Part shown: piece after piece, positions 8,824 through 18,867 of the stretch
How positions within the stretch are numbered: position 1 is the first letter of the stretch
Layout of the letters: every line of letters starts with the position of its first letter
Assembly (NCBI GenBank): GCA_965219445.1
Contig: CBDCNQ010000004.1
Location: 576,001-640,000 of the forward strand
DNA: 64,000 bases
Direction of reading: 5' to 3'
DNA from: Longimicrobiales bacterium
GTDB lineage: Bacteria > Gemmatimonadota > Gemmatimonadetes > Longimicrobiales > Gaopeijiaceae
Program-made: the position numbers and the translations under genes
Notes under the pieces: model-generated
Databases searched by the model: none
Told to the model about the DNA's origin: nothing
The model's input: only the letters and a program-made list of their open reading frames with translations

Positions 8824-10464
8824 CTAGCTGCGAAGAGCCCGAAGGCGCTCGGTGACATCCGCGAAGTTGATATCGAGCGCGAAAACTCTGTCGTAAAAGT
8901 CCAGCGCAGTGTCCTTGTCGCCCATCGTCTCATGCGCCAGCCCGATGTAGTAATAGATGCCCACGCGCTCCTCCTCGACTTCACAGGGGGCGTCGAGCCC
9001 GCGTTTGAGGGATCGGATGGCGGCCTCCGGCTCTGCTTTCTGCAGGAACGTCTGCCCCAACATCTCATAGGTCGGAAGATGTTCCGAAGTACCTCGTAAC
9101 ACCATTTGGAACTCACTGATCGCCTCGTCCAAGAGGCCCATCTCCATGTAGGCGGTGCCGAGATCGTAGTGGGCGATGGCATCGTTCGCATCGATGTTTT
9201 CCGAGACCTTTTCACGGAATTGCAGCAACATCTTCTCGAAGTCGGCCTGATCGTCACCGGTCGGTTCTTCATAGGGCACGACGAAACGGGTCGACTTCTT
9301 TTCCGTGAGAGCGTCTTCACCGAGAAGCACCGCACCGAGGTCGACGTAACCCTCCGGGGATTCCGCCGGGGCTTTAGACTTGGAATCACCACCCGCGACA
9401 CCGGGGGACTCCCCCGGAGCCGTGGTGGGGGACTCCGTGGCCGATTTGGCAGCAGCCTCCTGGGCCGCCCTGGCCGCGGCTTCCTCCGCTGCCCTGGCCG
9501 CGGCAGCCTCCTCGGCAGCGGCTGCGGCCTTTTCGGCAGCCTCAGCAGTGGCCTTCTCAGCTGTGGCCTCGGCAGCCACCTCGGCGGCGGCCTGCGCGGC
9601 AGCTGCTTCCTCGGCGGCGGCGGCCTCGGCAGCGGCGGCGGTGGCAGCATCGCCTGCGACCTTGGCGGCGGCCTCCTCTGCAGCCTTGGCCGCATCGTCC
9701 TCGTCGTCGTCAAACGACATGAGGGGAAGGTCGACAGGACCGATCACCTCTACCTCTTCGGAAACAGGTGCCGGGCTCCCCTCCGAATCTCCCCCTACCT
9801 CTCCAAAGCCCTCACCCCGCCTAAATGACGGGTCGGCCGCAGCCTTCTCCAGGTCCAACGCGGGATCCAACTTCCGGACCTTCGCGGCGACGCTCTGGGC
9901 AAGGTCGCCAAGGCCCTGTCGCTGCATGATGCGATACGCCCCGACATACTGAGTAATAGCGTCGTCGGCACGACCGTTCTGCTCGAGCTGGCCCGCAAGC
10001 ATCATGCACATCTCGTAGTCGTCTGGGGCCAGATTTACGAACTCGATCAACGCCCGAAAGGCCTCATCGAGATCCCCGGCGGCCTGCACCTTCTCCGCGT
10101 AGGTGACGAAGCTTGTGCGGGCATCGGTGATGAAGCCCTGCCGCGCTCGGATCTGTCCCATCTTGAGGTGGATGCTGTATCGATCCGGGAGGTTGCGCAT
10201 CACCTTCTTACAGACGGCGATAGCGTTGTTGGGGAGCCCCGCGTCCATATAGAAGTCTACGGCGCGCTCGTAAAACGCCACGGCCTGGGCCGCCCTCCCG
10301 ACCTTGGTCGCCAAGTCGCCAGCTCGATTGAACAGTGCGATATCGGGGTTGTCGTCGGGCGACAACTGGTCGATGGCCTGGCTGTAGAGATCCAAGGCCT
10401 TCCCCCACTGCTCGTCCTGCTCGAAGCCCCGAGCCTCTTCTTTTAGATGTTCAATCCTGCTCAC
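8824..10464 (-). CDS. TPR protein with long Ala/Glu-rich linker
   Basis: N-terminal TPR array, central AAEEAAA repeats, C-terminal TPRs (AHYDLGTAYMEMGLLDEAISEFQ). Confidence 0.85.
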   Translation of the reverse strand: MSRIEHLKEEARGFEQDEQWGKALDLYSQAIDQLSPDDNPDIALFNRAGDLATKVGRAAQAVAFYERAVDFYMDAGLPNNAIAVCKKVMRNLPDRYSIHLKMGQIRARQGFITDARTSFVTYAEKVQAAGDLDEAFRALIEFVNLAPDDYEMCMMLAGQLEQNGRADDAITQYVGAYRIMQRQGLGDLAQSVAAKVRKLDPALDLEKAAADPSFRRGEGFGEVGGDSEGSPAPVSEEVEVIGPVDLPLMSFDDDEDDAAKAAEEAAAKVAGDAATAAAAEAAAAEEAAAAQAAAEVAAEATAEKATAEAAEKAAAAAEEAAAARAAEEAAARAAQEAAAKSATESPTTAPGESPGVAGGDSKSKAPAESPEGYVDLGAVLLGEDALTEKKSTRFVVPYEEPTGDDQADFEKMLLQFREKVSENIDANDAIAHYDLGTAYMEMGLLDEAISEFQMVLRGTSEHLPTYEMLGQTFLQKAEPEAAIRSLKRGLDAPCEVEEERVGIYYYIGLAHETMGDKDTALDFYDRVFALDINFADVTERLRALRS

Positions 10465-10474
10465 AAAGCGGCAC

Positions 10475-11422
10475 TCATACTCGCGTCTGACCTATCCTCC
10501 GGGTAGACACATACTCGGACACGCGACGAGAGAGAAGACGGGATTCGCCCGGATTAAGAAGCTTAAATCTGTCTCCAGCCGCCGGAAGCACAAGGGGATC
10601 TGGAATCATGCCGATGACCTCAGTCTCAATGACCCGCCCGCCCCCGGCCCTTACGCGCTCTTCAATCGCGTCGAACACATCGTAGGGAGACGTCACTTCA
10701 GGGTCCTCGAGGTTCATGGAGATCTGGAGCCGTTCTGCTTCGGGTAGTGCCAACGCCAACGTCCGCAGGTGCCGGAACCCACCGCCGGACTCACGGAGCC
10801 CCCCGGCGATCACCTTGAGGGCGTCCAAGGACAGCCCCTCCACAAAGACGTTCCACGCCAGCATCACACGACGCGCCCCGACGCAGGTTGTGCCCGCCGT
10901 CGGATGTGGTCTGCTCGGCCACTGGGGAGCAGCCAGGTCCGGCTCCCGGCCTTCCGGAAATCCCCCTCGGAGAGCTTCGAAACCCCCGCGCCGTATCGAA
11001 GCGAGCGAGCGGTCGGATCGGGGCGGGGTCCTTCCGCGGAGCGCTTCTCCATAGAGATAGACCGGGACTCCCTCTTCGGCCAGCCGGCCCGCCACTCGCC
11101 ACGCGCTCTCTACCGCCGAGTCCATCGTCAGGTCGTGCAAAGGCACGAAGGGCAGCACATCGAGAGCACCGATCCTCGGATGAATCCCCTCGTGGGTTCG
11201 CAGGTCGATTCCCTCGATGGCGAAGCGGGCGGCCTCTATTGAGGCGGCCTCGACGCGCTCCGGATCACCGATGTACGTAATCACGGATCGATGGTGATCT
11301 CGATCCGCCGTCCAATCAAGCACCTCGGTGCCCTCCCCCGAGATGACCTGGACCAGCTCCCTGATCCACCCGAGATCTCGACCTTCGCTAAAGTTGGGCA
11401 CTGCTTCGAGAACGGGCACCAT
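10475..11422 (-). CDS. ftcD: glutamate formimidoyltransferase (FT domain only)
   Basis: EAVPNFSEGR, DHHRSV, HEGIHPRIGALDVLPFVPL. Confidence 0.9.
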   Translation of the reverse strand: MVPVLEAVPNFSEGRDLGWIRELVQVISGEGTEVLDWTADRDHHRSVITYIGDPERVEAASIEAARFAIEGIDLRTHEGIHPRIGALDVLPFVPLHDLTMDSAVESAWRVAGRLAEEGVPVYLYGEALRGRTPPRSDRSLASIRRGGFEALRGGFPEGREPDLAAPQWPSRPHPTAGTTCVGARRVMLAWNVFVEGLSLDALKVIAGGLRESGGGFRHLRTLALALPEAERLQISMNLEDPEVTSPYDVFDAIEERVRAGGGRVIETEVIGMIPDPLVLPAAGDRFKLLNPGESRLLSRRVSEYVSTRRIGQTRV

Positions 11423-11518
11423 GCCCTCATGATAGAGAAGGTCAAAACCCAAATGCAACGCTCCCGGCAGCCGAGGCCACCGGGAGCGGCATTCCACCAA
11501 GGGTTCGCCCGGGCCTGT

Positions 11519-12643
11519 TCAGCGGCGGACCAGCTGCGGATTTCCTCCCTGAAGCTGGTACGCCCAGTCGAAGATCATGAGCCCGGCACCGAATTGGTCG
11601 GTCCCAAGCAACGCCACACGGAGCGCACCGTAGCGTGCCACACCGTCACCCTCCACTACTCGCCACATGTATGTGAACTCTGGCTCGACCGCTATATCGA
11701 CGTGGCTGTACCCCGATAACGGTGCCGTCGTCCAGTCCTGGCACTGTGCGTCGGCAGCGACTCCACACTTGAGCCGGGTCGTGAGGACACCTTCTGGGAA
11801 TACGTCTGCCGAAAGTCCGGGGACGAGCCACCACCCCGATGCGTCCTTCTCAAGGCGAAAGTGCCGCGTGGGAGACCCTCCAGGTACGATCGGGTCCAGC
11901 TGATCGGATTCTGAAAAACGGAATCCGGACGAATCCGGCTGATCGGTGAAGGAGTAGACCAATTCGCCCGTGAAATCGGGTCGAGGCGTCCCTTCTGCAC
12001 TGTCACTCATCCCGCTCTCGTGGCCATACAGGTCGACGGAGGACACCGCATAGGTGGAGGTCACGCCGTTCTCCGATAAGGCATCCAGAAAGCCCGGCGA
12101 GTCCGAGTTCCCCAGCAATGTCTGGGTCGCTCCCTGATCGGACAGCAAGTAGATCCGATAGGCGGAAAAATCACTCGCTGAGCGGGCGTCGTCATTCCAA
12201 CGGATGTAGTTGGTGGCATCCAACGCCACCACTTCCAATTCCATAGGGACGGGGGGCGGTGAGAAAGACGGCACCGAGACCCGGACGGTCAGGTCCGAAT
12301 CGGTCTCCGCACCGGTATCCGGATCCTGAGCCGACACGAAGTAGTCGTAACTCATATCAGACACGATGTTGGTGTCCGTGTATTCACAGCGTCCCTCAGA
12401 GCAACTCGTCACGTCTGCGATGAGGAGAAAGGAAGCGTCGCCAACCCGTTTGCCGAAGACCCGGAACGTCTCACCATTCCACCCCGAGGAGAGTTCCCAG
12501 TAGACGGTCACGGCGCGGTTGTAATAGCCGATGTCCAGCGCAACGGGCGGAGCGGGGCCATCGACCGGAACGAGTATCGTATCGTCGTTGTCACAGGCCC
12601 CCAGGAGCACCGACCCCGTCAGCAAAAGCACCCTTTTCCACAT
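11519..12643 (-). CDS. lipoprotein with fibronectin type III-like repeats
   Basis: Lipobox LLGAC; FN3-like W..Y..YxVSA/YAVSSVDLYGHES patterns. Confidence 0.75.
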   Translation of the reverse strand: MWKRVLLLTGSVLLGACDNDDTILVPVDGPAPPVALDIGYYNRAVTVYWELSSGWNGETFRVFGKRVGDASFLLIADVTSCSEGRCEYTDTNIVSDMSYDYFVSAQDPDTGAETDSDLTVRVSVPSFSPPPVPMELEVVALDATNYIRWNDDARSASDFSAYRIYLLSDQGATQTLLGNSDSPGFLDALSENGVTSTYAVSSVDLYGHESGMSDSAEGTPRPDFTGELVYSFTDQPDSSGFRFSESDQLDPIVPGGSPTRHFRLEKDASGWWLVPGLSADVFPEGVLTTRLKCGVAADAQCQDWTTAPLSGYSHVDIAVEPEFTYMWRVVEGDGVARYGALRVALLGTDQFGAGLMIFDWAYQLQGGNPQLVRR

Positions 12644-12714
12644 GATTCGCATTCCTCGCTGGCGTTGAGTGGGACCCATTTCGAGTCCTCGACAGCCTCG
12701 CAACTGCTACTCAA

Positions 12715-12730
12715 TGCACAAGCAATACCA
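12715..12730 (-). promoter_or_regulatory. candidate sigma-54 (-24/-12) promoter
   Basis: Minus strand TGGTATTGCTTGTGCA is GG-N10-GC, about 70 nt upstream of the lipoprotein start. Confidence 0.5.
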
Positions 12731-12838
12731 AAGCCGAAATGCGTATGAAACCAGGACTTTCAGGGGTAGGCTCTGAAAAATCGTCCTCCACAGAGGACAA
12801 GTCGACGTCCGCCGGAGACAGGACGATGGGACGCAACT

Positions 12839-15835
12839 CTAGAACGGGTTGGTGAGGTCCGTGCTGCGTTGATCGTAGTCGAACTTCAGGTCGCGGTTGT
12901 CGGTGAGAGCCACTTCGAAGCGGAAGGACCAGTTTCCGGTCGCGGTTTGGAGGAAGTCGAAGTGCGCCTGCCATCGGTGCAGGTCTCTCGTCAAGCGAAT
13001 GGTGTGGTCCGCGAATCTGCGCTCCTCGACGTCGTACGAGGTTCGCCAGACGAGGTCCCACCTTTCGGTGGGTTTGAGGCGGATGCCCATCTGTAGCAGT
13101 TGACTCGCCGGCAGCCCTGGATCGCGGCTCCGGTTTAGGGAGTAGGAGAAGTTCGCGTTCCAGGCGCCGCCGCTCTGCCGACGGCCGGCGGGCTGAGGGT
13201 CCTCGCCGACGACATCGCTCGACCCCGCTCCGGGGATGATCGACGACTCGTCCGTAGGACTCAAATTACCAACGTTGTCGAGAAGAGGGTCGAGGTCATC
13301 GATGTCCACCAGCGCCGCCGCCGAGTCCGCAGCAGCCTCGGCCGGGGCGTCTCCCCCACCGCCGAAAAGCCGGCCGATCGCCTGGATTATCCCCGAGTTG
13401 GAACTCATGGCGAAGGATAGATTCAGTTGAGACAGTAGTGGATCGAAGACCCGGCGATCCTCACCGTTCCGCTCCTTAGTGTCGAAGAGATCGTGTTCGA
13501 CGGAAAGCTGGAGTCCTCGAAGGAGATCCGAACTGATCTGGCTCCTCAAACGGGTCGTGGTGAACCCCTCCAGCCGGTTGTCGCTCTTTCGTGCCCGAAC
13601 GAAGTCGTAGGTGAAGACGTTGGTGTTGAGAGTCAACAGATTGATCACCCTCGAGGGCGGGAGTCTCTGTGGGGCATTCGGGTCCAGTTCCTCATCAACA
13701 GAGGGCTCGAGTGGTGCCTCTTGGAGGGCAAAGAGCGAGTCGGCCCTCGCATCTAGAATCGAGTCCGGTGCCAGGAGATCTTCGTCCAGATCTAATCCAG
13801 CCTCCTCCGTCCCACCGGCGTCGCCCTCGTCCCCCTCAGCACGCTTTGCCTCGAACGTCTGGTTGAAGCCGAACGCGACGATGTTCCGAGCGAAGGCGTT
13901 TGACGCGCCGAACACCGTTTCCTGGAGGCCCGTAGCCACCGTTTTCGGCGCGTAAGAGTAGGAGATCTGCGGGGAAATCTTATGCCGGATCGCTTCGAAC
14001 CCCGCGAAGCCGCCGTAGTATCCGTAGACGTCGCTCCTCAAGCTGGCGCCGAAGGAAAGACGCCGAGGTCCGAACACGAAGCTCGACGCCTCGGGAATCT
14101 CGTCGGAACGCCGGGCGGCTCCCGAGATCTGCAAAGAGGGGGTTAATGTCGTGGTTCCGATCAGTCGTTGCTGGTAGTTGATGCTCGTGGTCCACGCGAG
14201 GTCCGCGGTCGCGAGATCGACCCGCCCGGTGGGCGGTGGGCCCAGCGTGTCGCCGGGAAACGCGATCGCGGCCGGAAGGTCGAGGTTGGCCCTCTCCGTG
14301 ACGGTCAACCCTTGAGACCACGATAATGCACCGAGGTTGACAGCACTGTTCACGCCGGATGACGTCCGAACCTCGTCAGCAAGGCTCCGCATGAAAGTGC
14401 TTTCGGCCTGAGTTGCCCGGTCGACGGTGCTACGCCGGTACCTCGCGCTTCCCGACCACGTCAGGTTGTTGAAGAACCGCGCGCGGTTACTCGGAGCCGA
14501 GAACAACGTGATCGATTTCAGAGACAGGTTCGCCGACGGAAGCGTCATCTCCACACGGTCGTCGCTCAGGAATTGTCGGCGGTCGGCACTGACCGAGAGG
14601 TTCCCCCAGCCGAATCGGCGATTCAAGCCCCCCTCCGAGTTTATCGACTGCGTCACCTCCCTCGGATCGAACGAATTTTGCCTAACGAAGCTAGAGCTGG
14701 ACGCGTACCGCGCCGAAACACGCACGGTCGTTCGCTCATTGGCGGTCCAGTCGTGTCTAGTGTCGAAGGAGAGTTCACGACCTCCACCGACTCTCCAGAA
14801 CCGCCGCACGTTCGCGGATCCGTTGAGGAATTGCTTTGTCACCCTATAGCGGAAGGCGCCCGTGAGTGCGGTGAAGTTGTCGCTCCACCAGTCCCCGGCC
14901 AAGGTGGCATCGGCGTAGTCGTTGACGGCCCAGAAGAATCCTACGTTCGAGACACGTCGAGAATGTCCTCGAGACGTACGCACAATGTCGTTGACGCCGA
15001 AGCGGGGCATGAGAATGCCGCTGTGCCTCCCCGAGTCTGTACTCTGGAAGATGAAAGGCAGCCAGAAGACAGGCACGTCGTCGAAGTTGAGCGTCACATT
15101 TCGTGCAACGAACCAACTGCCGCCGATGGCCTTGAATTCCCTCGCGGCAAAGTGATAGTGGGGCTCCGTTTCCTCACAGGACGTGAAGTTGATGTCATGG
15201 CCGAAGACCGTATCCGCGAGGATCGCTGGAAGATCGCCATCCATGATCCAGGTCGCGCCCTCAGACATGGTCGTGTGAGCCTCGTACGCCGTCCCTCGGT
15301 CGGCCCGGCGATCGTAGATGATGTTCGAGCTCCGTACAGGTTCCTCACCAGGCCGGTCCGTGACCGTCTCGCCCGCCGTCCACAGGAGTGAATCGGCCAA
15401 GTTGATCGTGTCCGCCGCTGTGACCGTCATCCCGTCCTGGCGCAGCTCGGCCGGCTCATCATCGCCGCCAAGAAGTGTCATGCGCCGGGTCTCCGCGTCG
15501 AATCGCGCCTCGCCACCTGAGTATTGGGACACGGTATAGCCGGGCAACGCGAGAAGGGCAGCCATGAACGAATCGGCCGGTTGCGGTGGGGGTGGTGCTG
15601 GTGCCGCACGAGGCTGACCCGGTGTCGAGTCGTTCGCGAAGAGTGTGGAGTCTACGCCCGGCGGTCTGGAGAGGCTCCTCAGCCGTTCGAGCACCTGAAT
15701 GCGGGTGGAATCGACCTCCTCCGCTGGTTGGCTCCCGACTTGGGCGGCCACGGGCGAGGACCGTCCGATCGCGAGGACCAGAAGTGCTGCCACCCAGGGG
15801 CCGAGGCGACCCTGGGGCCGGCCTCCGCTCATCAT
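12839..15835 (-). CDS. lptD: putative LPS assembly outer-membrane protein (LptD-like)
   Basis: Signal peptide, FTSCEETEPHYHF, VPVFWLPF, RHSGILMP, beta-strand-rich C-terminus with RDLHRW. Confidence 0.8.
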   Translation of the reverse strand: MMSGGRPQGRLGPWVAALLVLAIGRSSPVAAQVGSQPAEEVDSTRIQVLERLRSLSRPPGVDSTLFANDSTPGQPRAAPAPPPPQPADSFMAALLALPGYTVSQYSGGEARFDAETRRMTLLGGDDEPAELRQDGMTVTAADTINLADSLLWTAGETVTDRPGEEPVRSSNIIYDRRADRGTAYEAHTTMSEGATWIMDGDLPAILADTVFGHDINFTSCEETEPHYHFAAREFKAIGGSWFVARNVTLNFDDVPVFWLPFIFQSTDSGRHSGILMPRFGVNDIVRTSRGHSRRVSNVGFFWAVNDYADATLAGDWWSDNFTALTGAFRYRVTKQFLNGSANVRRFWRVGGGRELSFDTRHDWTANERTTVRVSARYASSSSFVRQNSFDPREVTQSINSEGGLNRRFGWGNLSVSADRRQFLSDDRVEMTLPSANLSLKSITLFSAPSNRARFFNNLTWSGSARYRRSTVDRATQAESTFMRSLADEVRTSSGVNSAVNLGALSWSQGLTVTERANLDLPAAIAFPGDTLGPPPTGRVDLATADLAWTTSINYQQRLIGTTTLTPSLQISGAARRSDEIPEASSFVFGPRRLSFGASLRSDVYGYYGGFAGFEAIRHKISPQISYSYAPKTVATGLQETVFGASNAFARNIVAFGFNQTFEAKRAEGDEGDAGGTEEAGLDLDEDLLAPDSILDARADSLFALQEAPLEPSVDEELDPNAPQRLPPSRVINLLTLNTNVFTYDFVRARKSDNRLEGFTTTRLRSQISSDLLRGLQLSVEHDLFDTKERNGEDRRVFDPLLSQLNLSFAMSSNSGIIQAIGRLFGGGGDAPAEAAADSAAALVDIDDLDPLLDNVGNLSPTDESSIIPGAGSSDVVGEDPQPAGRRQSGGAWNANFSYSLNRSRDPGLPASQLLQMGIRLKPTERWDLVWRTSYDVEERRFADHTIRLTRDLHRWQAHFDFLQTATGNWSFRFEVALTDNRDLKFDYDQRSTDLTNPF

Positions 15836-16629
15836 CCCGCCTCGACCCCTCCCTCGGGCGGGTCACCACCGATGTCCCGTGCCTGGCGTCGTCTGGTGAT
15901 CACCACCGAGAGGAGAATGCTGAATTCGTACAGAAGAACCAGCGGCAACATCATCATGGCCGTCACCGTGACGACGTCGCCCGGGCTGAGAAGGCTAGCC
16001 AACACGGTGATGATGACAATCGCATGACGCCTCTTTGTCCGCAGAAACGCCGGCGTGACAAGCCCCAGCGCGGACAGAATCATGATGACCACCGGTAACT
16101 CGAACAGGATGCCGAACGCTAGGAGCAGCTTGGTGACGAAGCCCAGGTAGGGACCCGCCTGCAACATCTGCTCGAAGTACCCTTCCCCGAAGAACAGCAG
16201 GAACCGGAGTGTGACAGGAAGCGCGATGTAGTACGACATCGCCACGCCGGCCGAAAAGAGAACGAGTCCCATATAGAGGCTCGGGATGATGACTCTCCTC
16301 TCGTGCCGCTCGAGTGCGGGGGAGAAGAAGGCCCAGATCTGGTAGATGAGGATCGGCGAGACGAGGACCACACCCATCAGGATCCCGACCCTCAGGATCA
16401 TGAAGAACCCCTCCGTCGGAGCGAGGAACACGAGTCTCTCTTCGTCTCCCATCACCTCGTAGAACGGATTGATGAGAATGTCGAGCACCCCGAACCTAAG
16501 GACGAGGATGAAGCCCACTACGCTCCCAACGACGATCGCTAGAAGACTCCACAGCATCCGCCAACGGAGTTCCTCCAGGTGGTCGAGGAAGGGCATCTCG
16601 CCGCGGGCGTTTCGAGTCTTCATCGCCAT
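15832..16629 (-). CDS. tatC: Tat translocase TatC
   Basis: MPFLDHLEELRWR, YQIWAF.SPAL, FELPV, LYEFSI. Confidence 0.96.
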   Translation of the reverse strand: MAMKTRNARGEMPFLDHLEELRWRMLWSLLAIVVGSVVGFILVLRFGVLDILINPFYEVMGDEERLVFLAPTEGFFMILRVGILMGVVLVSPILIYQIWAFFSPALERHERRVIIPSLYMGLVLFSAGVAMSYYIALPVTLRFLLFFGEGYFEQMLQAGPYLGFVTKLLLAFGILFELPVVIMILSALGLVTPAFLRTKRRHAIVIITVLASLLSPGDVVTVTAMMMLPLVLLYEFSILLSVVITRRRQARDIGGDPPEGGVEAG

Positions 16630-16647
16630 TCTGAGTGAGCGGGGGTC

Positions 16648-16695
16648 CTAGAGAATTGTTGAAGAAGTGGGACGAATCGCGTTGGGAGCGCCACG
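16648..16695. repeat. degenerate MITE left-end remnant
   Basis: Blocks ctag, tgttgaag.agt, cgcgttg and gccacg occur with the same spacing as in 28724-28771. Confidence 0.5.
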
Positions 16696-16727
16696 CTACC
16701 GCCGGGCGGCCTTGCGTGGGGAGAGTA

Positions 16728-17225
16728 TCAGAGTGGGAGCTCCTCTTGGTTCCTGGCCGAGCCCTGACGCCGCTCTTCCGCGTGTAGGTCGTGCACCATG
16801 TCTTGGAACTCACCGATGTCCTGGAAGTTCCGGTAAACGGAGGCGAAACGCACGTAGGCCACTCGATCAAGCGGAGCGAGATGGTCCATGACGATTTCAC
16901 CGATGCGGGAGCTGGAAACCTCGAAGGCGGCGGTCCTTGTCAGATTTTCTTCGACGGCGTCCGCGATCGCCTCGATGTCCTCTTCGGTGACCGGCCTTTT
17001 CGCACAGGCGATGGTAACGCTTCTGAGGAGCTTGGCACGGTCGAAGTCCTCCCCGCTCCCATCACGTTTGGCAACGCGCAGGGGGCGCTCTTCGACGTGT
17101 TCATAGGTCGTGAAGCGGGCCCCGCACACCGCGCATTCCCTGCGGCGACGGACCGCACGCCCACCCCGGCTATCACGGGTGTCGACGACACGGTTCTCCG
17201 TGGCGTCACACTTTGGACAGCGCAT
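16728..17225 (-). CDS. nrdR: transcriptional repressor NrdR
   Basis: MRCPKC..RRRREC..C..RFTTYE zinc ribbon, ATP cone, VAYVRFASVY. Confidence 0.97.
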   Translation of the reverse strand: MRCPKCDATENRVVDTRDSRGGRAVRRRRECAVCGARFTTYEHVEERPLRVAKRDGSGEDFDRAKLLRSVTIACAKRPVTEEDIEAIADAVEENLTRTAAFEVSSSRIGEIVMDHLAPLDRVAYVRFASVYRNFQDIGEFQDMVHDLHAEERRQGSARNQEELPL

Positions 17226-17243
17226 CAGACGACGTGCCGGAGA

Positions 17244-18068
17244 TCAGCGGACCTCCCGCAGCAGCTCCTGGGCAATCTCCGCGGCGCCACTGTCAGGATA
17301 AGTGTTGACAACGCGCTCGAGGTAGATCACGGCCTCATCGAAGTTCTCCTGGAGAACGTATATCTGGCCAATCCGGTACAGGGCCACCGGCACCTGGTCC
17401 GCTGCGGGATACAGCTCGGAAACCCGTAGGAACTCCTCAATCGCCTCGTCGAGCCGATTCTCCTGCTGGAGGATCTCAGCGAGATAGAACTGGGCCCTGG
17501 GCGCAAGCCGATGATCGGGATAGTCTCCCAAGAAGCTCCCGAAGGCCATCCGGGCAGTGTTGAGCGAGCCGCGATTGAACTGTGTGACCGCCGCCTCATA
17601 TGTCTCCTCGGCGGCGGCTGGGCCCCCGTCGCGGCGTCCGAGGAGAGCCCGAAGCGAATCGGGGTCCGCGCGCCGTTCCGAGGTTGTCACCCGAGCCCCC
17701 TCGGCCTGGACCCGCTCGGACAGCAAGACCAGGGAACGCTGAACCTGTCCTGTCAACGCGCTCAATTGGGACAACTGCGCTTGGATATCCCGAAGCTCCC
17801 GTGCGATTCCGCCGCGGGTGTCTACGACCATATCGGACTGGATTTCCAGCGTGTCCTGGAGGGCACGGATGGCGGCGGATAACTCCCGTAACTGTGCGTC
17901 CTGTTGGGATGACTGCCGAGCCACCTCATCTTGGAGGCGCCGCACGTCCCCTCTCATGGCGCATCCCGAGGCCAGCAGCAACGTCGTGGAAACGAGAAAG
18001 ACCCCTCCCCGACGGACCCAGCCGTCATGGAGCGCGACCGAAGTTCCGAAGGGAGGGGTCATACTCAT
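17244..18068 (-). CDS. cpoB: tol-pal associated CpoB/YbgF protein
   Basis: Lipobox-like LASGC, coiled coil, C-terminal TPRs, directly after pal. Start uncertain. Confidence 0.85.
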   Translation of the reverse strand: MSMTPPFGTSVALHDGWVRRGGVFLVSTTLLLASGCAMRGDVRRLQDEVARQSSQQDAQLRELSAAIRALQDTLEIQSDMVVDTRGGIARELRDIQAQLSQLSALTGQVQRSLVLLSERVQAEGARVTTSERRADPDSLRALLGRRDGGPAAAEETYEAAVTQFNRGSLNTARMAFGSFLGDYPDHRLAPRAQFYLAEILQQENRLDEAIEEFLRVSELYPAADQVPVALYRIGQIYVLQENFDEAVIYLERVVNTYPDSGAAEIAQELLREVR

Positions 18069-18099
18069 CCTGTCCCCAACCGGAGGCGCGTGCCGTTCC

Positions 18100-18699
18100 T
18101 TATTCTTCCTCGCTGACCACGATTTGACCGCCCGCAATCACGAACTCGACCCGGCGATTCTGAGCCCACGCCGCCTCGTCGCTACGGTTGACCGTAGGCC
18201 GCTCTTCCCCGAAAGAGGTCGTCGTGAAGCGATTCGCCATAATACCGAAGCCCGATAGGAAGTCCCGCACACTCTCGGCACGCCGGCTTCCCAGCGCGAG
18301 GTTGTACTCCGTCGAGCCCCGCTCGTCTGCGTGCCCCTCGAAGCGAAGCCGGAGCGTCGGGCTGTTACGCAGGATCGGGAGCTTCGCACGAAGGATCCGC
18401 TCCCCTGCCGCGGTAATGACAGATCGATCGTAGTCGAACAGCACCTCCGCTTCGAGCGTCGCCCGGGCCCGGTCCCGAGCCTGGTTCAAGCGGTCCTGCT
18501 CACGACGCGCAGCGTCGCGCTCGGCGGCTGCACGCGCCGCCTCCGCGGCCCTGGCCGCGGCAATCGAGTCATTGCGCGCGTCGATCTCGGCCTGAGTCGG
18601 TCCGGTGGGCGCCGGCGGTGGCGGCGGGTCACCACCCCCACATGCGGCGAGAATGAGCGTGGAGGCGATAGCTGGTATGAATAGGTGTGTGATCCTCAT
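18100..18699 (-). CDS. pal: peptidoglycan-associated lipoprotein
   Basis: Lipobox LAAC; FDYD, EGHADERGSTEYNLALGSRRA, SFGEERP, NRRVEF. Confidence 0.93.
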   Translation of the reverse strand: MRITHLFIPAIASTLILAACGGGDPPPPPAPTGPTQAEIDARNDSIAAARAAEAARAAAERDAARREQDRLNQARDRARATLEAEVLFDYDRSVITAAGERILRAKLPILRNSPTLRLRFEGHADERGSTEYNLALGSRRAESVRDFLSGFGIMANRFTTTSFGEERPTVNRSDEAAWAQNRRVEFVIAGGQIVVSEEE

Positions 18700-18867
18700 C
18701 CTCAATCCTGTCGGTGAGTGGTCATCTCAGGAGGCTCAGCCGACTCGGCGAGCCTGCTCGTGAAACACTTGTGCACGGTACCCACTTTAGCCCGCATATG
18801 GGTTGGACCTAACACTAAGCATATATCCCATTAAGCCCCATGGCGCAATGACGTGAATCCGGGCGGA

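Noticed and set aside
8775..9713. 312-aa Pro/Arg-rich ORF overlapping the TPR gene
   Set aside because: Alternative frame of the Ala/Glu low-complexity linker.
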